Under the pieces are notes generated by a model. That model worked only from the letters and a program-made list of their open reading frames with translations. It ran no database searches and had not been told where the DNA came from. Made by a program: the position numbers and the translations under genes. A DNA stretch of 61,584 nucleotides, counting the filler, from Basidiobolus ranarum (lineage: Eukaryota): NCBI GenBank assembly GCA_040143965.1. It is 11 parts of 11 records of this genome, joined end to end, with 100 filler letters (N's around TTAATTAATTAA, not from the genome) between each part and the next. Parts side by side here need not be neighbours in the genome. Positions count along the whole stretch, not along the records: positions 50,500 to 55,993 come from JASJQH010001580.1; positions 56,094 to 61,584 come from JASJQH010001581.1; 9 more parts are not named here. One strand, 5' to 3'. This document shows positions 53,901 to 61,584 of this stretch, one piece after another. Each line of letters starts with the position of its first letter. The first letter of the stretch is position 1.

Positions 53901-55993
53901 GTGCACCTTTTGAGTAGTATACCTGAATAAGCACAACACTAGTCATTTTCCCAATGCTACCATTAGTACTACCGGCAGTCTTGTACTGATATTTATGAGA
54001 ACCAAGTACTTGTTAGATTAGTACAAGCTCAGTCTATATACTAATAAATTATTAGCTTAAAATATACTGATCAATAACTCAATGTTATATGTTTGATATA
54101 GCCGTCTTTGTATATATATACTCATTTGTATGTACATGGAAGAACATTACAACAACACATCTTAAACTTAGCTTACTCCTTTCATTGGTTTTGCTGGTTA
54201 AAGTATCAGGCGCTGCTCCTTTGGGTACATATACTAATCATTACGGAAGTGTAATGCAACCAGAACAATTAATTGACTATAGCTCAGGTCAAACGTCCTC
54301 CGCTCACAGCCAGCAAGTATTTGAACTCAGTCTGAGTCAGTCCCACTACTCAAGCAATTATTTACCACCAGTACCAGAAGATGCTCCAATTGTCACAGAG
54401 GTGGAATGCAACCAGAGTAATCAACAGATTACAATGAAGAACAAACTTCTTCAGTTAGGAACCAGCCAAAAAGTGTAGAGGCTCAGTCCAGGCCAGTTTC
54501 CCTGCTCAAGCAAGTGTTTACCACCATTACTAGAAAATATGATAACTTGAACAATGCAAATATCAATGGCCAAGGAAATTCTGACATGAAGTTTCAGTCC
54601 GGCCCTAGCTTTGAAGTGGAGGGAAGTGGCGTAAAATCTGAGCAAAGAGGAATTAAAAAGTAGGGGGCATCTGGAAGTAACAATATTTCAAAAGGAATAT
54701 ATGATGTACCACAGCACTCTGAGAGTGGGTTAGAAGTTGCTCCAATATCACCAATAAAAGATTCTAGCTCTGACAAAGCTTGAGCACCTCAACCAATAGG
54801 CTCAGGATCCAATAATGAGAGTAACAGTGCACAGGGAGTAGACGATACAGGTTCATCAGGGAATTGAGCTCAAGCAGGCCATACTCTGTCCGACTCAAAT
54901 CAGTTTGATCAAGCACACACAATAGATCAAACATTGTATTAGCCTTTGCAACCTATTGAATAAGAACCACCTCCTTCACCAGAAGAACCTGAAGAGCCCA
55001 AATCTTCTGGCTCAAGGTGCAGTAATTGTAGTTAAAAATATGATATGGGACTTATTACTATATTTGCTTTCACCAAACAATTACCTTGTATTCATTAATA
55101 TAAAACATCTAAAGCTCCAAAGTATGAACAGTCTTATTGATTTCTTCTACAGAGGCCCCAGTCAGTTTTAGAAGTAATGTGATTAATTCTAGTCTTGTCC
55201 CAACAATGTGACATACATTCAAACAACAGTTATCTACTCTAAGTGTGACACTATGATACACCAATCAGACAGATCCAGCAGGCATTCAATAGGTAATAAA
55301 AGTAAAAGCATTTTGCTTACTTATCATTCAGATTATATATAGCAACATAGTCTAATCTATAGTAGGATCACTCACATAGGCATAACTGTATGCTGCATTT
55401 ATACAATGCTACACTGATACAATCTCTTAATTGGAAGTATCAAGCAAATTCATTTACATTCAGATACGCATTTACTACCAAAAATGAACATAGTCCCCAC
55501 GTGAAGTTGTGCATCCTTTCAGTAATAAACTTGAATGAACGTAACACGAGTCATTTTGTCAATGCTACCATCAGTACTATCACTAGAGTACTGATATTTA
55601 TAAAAACCAAATACTCGGTAGGTTATTATACAATCAGTCTATATGCTAATAAATTAATAGATGCTAATACATTGATCAGTAACTCAGTGTTATAAGCTAG
55701 ATATACCGCATTTCTCAATATAAATACCAATGAACATACATACTGAAGGACATTAGCGAATACATAAAAATATGCACGTCACATTAGGTCTACTCGTCAC
55801 CTCAGTATTACTTGCTAAAGTTTCCGTGGCAGAAACTCTAATTGTCATAGAAAATCAATGTTATCAGAAAACTCAGAGGATAATACTTCCTCATTTGAAC
55901 AGCCTGGAAGCGCTGAAAGTCAGTCAGAGCCAGTTCCATTACTCATGCAAGTATTCACTACTGTAACTAGAAAGAATGATAACTTGATCCATG
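50950..55993 (+). repeat. Decaying tandem array (>=4 copies) of a secreted-protein gene family with shared upstream region
   Basis: 53758-54120 ~ 55381-55730; 53421-53610 ~ 54409-54620 ~ 55920-55993; 50950-51265 ~ 54808-55035. Signal-peptide-like starts at ~53346, ~54157 and 55772. Confidence 0.75.
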
Positions 55994-56093
55994 NNNNNNN
56001 NNNNNNNNNNNNNNNNNNNNNNNNNNNNNNNNNNNNNTTAATTAATTAANNNNNNNNNNNNNNNNNNNNNNNNNNNNNNNNNNNNNNNNNNNN

Positions 56094-57142
56094 TTTTTTT
56101 CCAGTGACCCCCCCACGACTGTGCTGGTTCGGTAGTGAGGGGTCGTATTTTACTCAAGCTAGACCAACCATGCAAATTCAAGAGTCTAACCGTTAGACTG
56201 CGTGGAAAAGCTAAGGCCACATGGGCTGAATGTACGTATTTTCTGGTGGATTATTGAGATTCTAGAGTTACAATATTCTAACTTCTTTATTGGTATTTAG
56301 CTGATGGCTATCATATCTTAGTTCAACACAAAAAGAAAGAATTAATCGACTTTACCTGGACCTTGTTGGAGCCAAGTTCAGAGCCTCATATTGTTCCAGC
56401 AGGTGAACATTCGTATTATTTCGATTATCCATTTTCGGGAGCTCTTCCCGAGACCGTACATACAGAGAACGGGGATATTCAATATCGTTTGGAAGCTATT
56501 GCGGAGAGACCTTTGTTCAAGCGTGACTTGTTTGCTGAGAAGGAAGTTATTGTCAAAAGGTACTCTTCACCTTATACTCTGGAGCAAATCGAACCAATAA
56601 CAGTGAGTGGAGCTTGGGCAGATGAGCTAGGTCATGAATTGTTTATTCCCATGAGTGCTTACGGTGTTGGTGATATGGTCCCTACTCTATTGAAAATATG
56701 GTCCACATCTAACCAAAACATCAAAATCGGAGATATTAAGTTCACCTTGAAAGAGCTTACTACCTACCACGATCGAGAGAACGGCATTTCGAAGACTGAG
56801 TCGAAACTTATCAAACTTATCTCCAATGCAGATATTTCTAGTCAAAACGAGGGTCCAGTCATAGAAAAGCATATCTTGGTTCCCATCCACGAAAATCTTA
56901 GTGTTCATCATGATTGTGCCACAGACCTTATCAATGTTCAGCATATATTGAGGATTACCATGGATATCCAGCATGGTGACCAGACCGATATTCACACCAT
57001 GGAGGCGCCGTTTGTCGTAATGCCGGCCTCTAATCAAGAAGTATTCGAAAGTCTACCCCCGTATGCAGTTTATTGCCAGCCAGCCAACTCGATGCTTCCG
57101 CCTCCACCATCATACGATCAATATATTCCAGTTGAGCCATAG
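56094..57142 (+). CDS. Alpha-arrestin (ART-type ubiquitin-ligase adaptor), 5'-truncated
   Basis: GSVVRGRILLKL...LRGKAKATWAE|, AGEHSYYFDYPFSGALPET, IQYRLEA, C-terminal LPPY and PPPPSY motifs. Confidence 0.88.
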
Positions 57143-58925
57143 TACCCCTCGATTGTCTAATCCAAGCTTAAGTCGATCTAGATCCATATTACTCATCATA
57201 TTAATAATTCATTTTTCTGGCATTCATATATACATTCCTATAATGTTTATGTAAATATTCGTTGTACAAAGTATTGCGTTCAATAAATTTCTTAACAGTG
57301 AGTTTGGTTCCGTTTGATCGAATTGTTAGTAAGACAGTATTTGGTGATAGTGAGTACAGGAATTATGAAGGACCCTGCCACCCCAAAACCTGATATCCTC
57401 TTACCAATAGGAATTATCTTTCCATGACTTACAGAAATTGGAGATCCGTAGTAACAAGACGAAGTAACAGAAATAAATCTACAGCCACTTAAATGCGTCT
57501 AGACCATAAATGGCATCAAAGTCTCGGAGTAAATGGACGGATTGTCTTCTCCACAGGGAGTTTCCGATATTAATTGCTCACTCCTCCAATTTGTAATAAT
57601 ATAAGCTATTACTAGAATTGGGGGATTTTGAAGAACGATTGGAGTTGGCGTCTTCGATGATGAAATTGATCCAAAAATTACGAAATTCTTAGTTCAGCTT
57701 GAAAAATATTAAATAGCCTGAATTGACACCGATTCATGAATAGTTAACCCGAAACCCCAAATGTCAGTTAGAAAAACGAACTCCCGGATATTACCACTTG
57801 CATATCTTTGTCAAATAAGTGTCAACATCGCTTATATGGTTTTAAAACTCGCACTATGTACAGTAACTGATTTTCTGAGTCACGGTCAACCTCCATCATC
57901 ACTCCAACACACGCTCAAATCAGAACTACTGTTCTTTAATTTCTAAACCCGCTGTTTCTTTGAAAGATATACCCCGACAAATACTTTCCTAAAAGAGTCA
58001 ACAATATCCCTTAGTAATGACTACAGTACATTTCAAATGAAACATGCTCTAGATAAGTTCCAACATGGTAATACGAACAGCAATAATCGCACCAAAGTGA
58101 TACAAATATATCCCTCTCCCTTTCATCCATGTCAGTGGCCATGGAAGTTTTTCCACGCCACAAAGATCATCATTTCAGGTTTGAATTACAACAATTATCA
58201 ACAGTTAGTGTATATGCTCAAATGAGGGTCTAGCCAATCAATCTGAGCTTCATTCAGAGTTCTATTCTTTCATCAGGCTCTACAGCTAGGGTGGATTGAT
58301 GCTATGATTTTCTACGGAACCTATCATTCAATATAATATACGCCTGACTTGAAAGAGCTACGGATTCTTATTTCCTAGTAACCAATGAAACTCTTTAGAG
58401 CTTGACAAATCCAGACTTATGAATTATAATTCACCATATATGCATGTGATGGTTGGGGTCTAGATTATTGGTGGTCAAATGTTAATCATGGGTGTTTCGA
58501 GAATGGAGAAACACTCTATGTGGAGCCAGTTTCGCTAAACTAGTGGGTTAGCTGAATGTATGCAAGAGTATATAGATAGTTAATACTAGTAATATCGTAA
58601 TTTAGTGATGACAAATTCTCAGCTCATCAGCGGGGGTTTTTCTCTTCAACCATTTATTTAGGGTATATGCCCAGACGTAAATGTGGTAAATTTTCTGATC
58701 TATGAGCCAGGTAAGAATGAACTGATTGGTGGTAACTTGAGGTATATTCTGGTATAATATATGAAAGAATAAGGAGTCGATGTTTTTTAGTATCGGTGGT
58801 GGGTTGTTGTTGACTCGAATAAAATAAATAAACAGTAGAATTGTGACAACTTTTTATCTGGGTTCGATATTTCTTAGACTCTACGGTTGAATCAGTTTTG
58901 GACTTTTAGAAATACTTTATAGATA

Positions 58926-60760
58926 ATGGATTCTGTAACAGGTCAGTTCAAAAGATATCGGTTTAAAGGAATAGACACGCAGTTGGACATTTGAGTTTCC
59001 TTAAAATTCTTGACGAACTTGAGATTTCAATTATACTTTCCTTTATTAAACTGTTCGTTAATGGTAAGCTATACTTTGACATCCCATAGACTCAACTTCT
59101 AAAGAAATGATGGGAAAAGAGACAGTAGTTACCAAGAAAAAAATATCTGCATTTACTGCAAAACTTCGAAAACACAAAGACAAACAGCCGGAGAACGCTA
59201 TAATCAAGGACATGAAGTTCGAAAAATCCAAGACCAAAGGTTTTACCTTCATTTTATGTTGAAAGAAACTTGAAAAACATTTGCTCATAATGGCCTTTAT
59301 TTTTATGATCTTGCAGCCAACACTGAAAATTCCAAGTGGTGCCCTCCGCAACCTACGTCTGAACATCATGAGCCCTATTCAAATCTACGTATAAAGTATA
59401 TCTTTTGACTTGTCGACTTTTATTATGTATTTGATACTCATACCCCTCTAAGAAACAGAAAATTTCCGATAGAAACGATGAACGAACGTATGTATGACCG
59501 ACAGATGATTCGACTGTCAAATATACAAAAAAATGTGGTTCGTGACGATATCCCAGGTAATTGGGTCACTATTGGCGTGATAGGAGAGAAGAAACCACTT
59601 AAAATCACTAAGAAAGGAGATCCATACTATGTGATCAAAATCTCGGATTTCAAAACAACCATCAGTGTAATTATGTTTGGAAAAATATATGAGAAACTTT
59701 GGGCAGAGCCACTGGGCTCTATGGTAGCCATTCTCAATCCCAAGATTCTCAGACCAACCGATGTGAGTACCTATCTACCATGACCATGTCCTTGGTCTTG
59801 AACTGAATTCTCACTCATATTTCGAAATAGAGAAGTGCAAATGTTGCCATTCAGGTAGATCATCCTAATAAGTTCATGAACATGGGAGAGAGTGTGGACT
59901 TCGGTCTCTGCACCGCTGTGAAAAAAGATGGTTTGAATTGTAACGCAGTGATCGATAGGTACACCAATCGTATTTATACATCATCTTATCGAAAAATAAT
60001 ACTTATCCTTAATCTTTGGATGTATAGTCGACTAGGGGAATACTGCGAGTCGCACTTGTTAATGTCATATAGAAAGCAAAGAATGAATAGAATGGAGTTC
60101 GCTACCGGGCAAGTCCAATACGATTTATATAGAAAATGCTAGCTAGTTGCTTATACTTTACTTCATTTTAGAATCTCAATTTTTGAAGTGGCAAGCACCT
60201 CTCAAAAGAGAAAGCGAGTAGATCCTTCTTTCAAGGCAACTCAAGACGAATCATATATCCTAGACAACGGGAATATGCTGGTCCTTGATGATAATCGACC
60301 TAAAGCAGATGACAAAGATAAGAATTCGAAGAAACAGAAAACTACTGAAGCATTGATGTTGGTTTGCTTTTACGAACACTCATTTTTCAAGGAGGTTTTG
60401 TTCAAAAGTGCTCGTTTGATTTCAATTCCAGGGATAAACTGAAAGAAGAAAATAGTATCGGTGCCAGTTATATTCGAAAGATTCAAGGAATCCAAATGTC
60501 TGACTCCAGTATGAATCCTCTCTTCCACTTAATAATATTACCAGAAAGTTGACCATTTTTATTAGATACAGACCCGAAGTTCACTGAGCAACCAATGGAT
60601 TCCGAAAAGGTATTTGGGAATATTGTTTGGTTGTTATTGTGTCTACTGGCGCCCTAATCTCCTCTTCTCCCATTAGGTCAATGCGATTGAATCGCTCAAA
60701 GCCAGTTTAGTTGGCAGCCGTCGTGCAAAATCTAAAGTAACCAACACTTCTCTTACATAG
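58926..60760 (+). CDS. MCM10: Replication initiation factor Mcm10, multi-exon (start exon uncertain)
   Basis: OB fold WVTIGVIGEK...KGDPYYVIKISD...GSMVAILNP; CCCH finger GESVDFGLCTAVKKDGLNC...GEYCESH. Confidence 0.9.
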
Positions 60761-61177
60761 TCTATACGGAACAAGTAATCTTACGCACTGTGTAAGCAAG
60801 TAGTTACGAATTTATAAGTTAATATATGATCATCTTCGACATGTATTACTAAGTATTGAATTTAGCGTATCCTTCCGTGTCTATGGAATAAATAAAGCGT
60901 TAGGTAATCCGTTTGATTTATTGTAGCTTACTGCTAATAGGTATGGTTGTTATGTGGTTGAAAGCCCCGATCTATTTGGAGTGCTTGTTGCCATGAACAA
61001 TTTTCTGTTTCTTAATTGCGATCTAACACTTTCAAATGACCAAGTAATTAATTAGGAATTATCCAAGTATTAGTAAAGTTGAAGTTGAAATTTTGAGGAT
61101 AGATAAGTAAAAGTTAAAAGTATAAAGCTTGTGTAAAGTGACATGCTTACATTTTCTTATTATTGATGATATATATC

Positions 61178-61240
61178 TGTTGGAGGATCTGGTCATAATG
61201 AGGGTAGACTTTCCTATTTAGAGACAACTTCTGATACTGT
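61178..61240. mobile_element. End of LTR-like family B, adjacent to a family A LTR
   Basis: TGTTGGAGGATCT... is the reverse complement of 11350-11408. Confidence 0.5.
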
Positions 61241-61245
61241 TTTAG

Positions 61246-61584
61246 TGTTGAAATTAGCATTGCCTAAACACCTATATAGTCATATATAGCTTAGTACTTA
61301 GTTATCTTATAATTCACTAAGATATTTTCAATTATTCTCAATCGGAATTTACTTAGAATATTGACACCAACTTAGAAGTTCTCAGATATATAGATTTTTC
61401 AAACTTGTGCTAGAAGCCCCAAACTTTGCACACATGTTCCTGAGACCTTCCTTAACATATTCTACACGTTAGCTTGTTTACATCTTGACAAAACTATAAA
61501 TGTCAACTGAATACTCAATAAATCAATAAGTGAAAACCACCAATTCCTCTAATTCTCCAAACCACTTCCAACAGGCTCCCAAAT
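61246..61584 (+). mobile_element. LTR, copia family A (last few bp cut by window end)
   Basis: TGTTGAAATTAGCATTGCCTAAACACC...CCACTTCCAACAGGCTCCCAAAT. Confidence 0.85.

Noticed and set aside
49318-55993. Apparent linkage of clr4 to the CpG-depleted repeat array, and of Fanzor to other genes
   Set aside because: clr4 and the array are on different contigs separated by a linker; Fanzor's proximity to RPL3 is simply an insertion site.
5519-56093. Regularly spaced TTAATTAATTAA palindromes resembling an array
   Set aside because: Artificial six-frame-stop linkers embedded in Ns; not biological and not CRISPR.

Overview
Eukaryotic, AT-rich, intron-rich DNA from an early-diverging fungus (short GT-AG introns, CYRI/FAM49, fungal calmodulin; Zoopagomycota/Mucoromycota-like, lineage inferred, not certain). 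The window is not contiguous. It holds 11 size-sorted ~5.5 kb contigs (5518 down to 5491 bp) joined by artificial 100-bp N44-TTAATTAATTAA-N44 linkers, so neighbourhoods across linkers are meaningless. Host genes: LEA_2-like membrane protein pair, rhodanese, MFS anion:cation symporter, RPL3, AVT-type amino-acid transporter, glucuronokinase/NTP-transferase fusion, calmodulin, TyrRS, RPL8, PAM16, PER1, DHHC fragment, CYRI, Clr4/SUV39, alpha-arrestin, MCM10. Highlight: a 2.37 kb TIR/TA-flanked non-autonomous element (18853-21222) carrying a decayed, intron-containing Fanzor1 (eukaryotic TnpB-like RNA-guided nuclease) gene. Its RuvC triad is recognisable and a candidate omegaRNA hairpin abuts the right end. 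Also present: a viral/linear-plasmid-type mRNA cap methyltransferase relic, a PARG-like ORF with an altered signature, a copia LTR family with many copies, a PMI pseudogene, and a decaying tandem array of a secreted-protein gene family.
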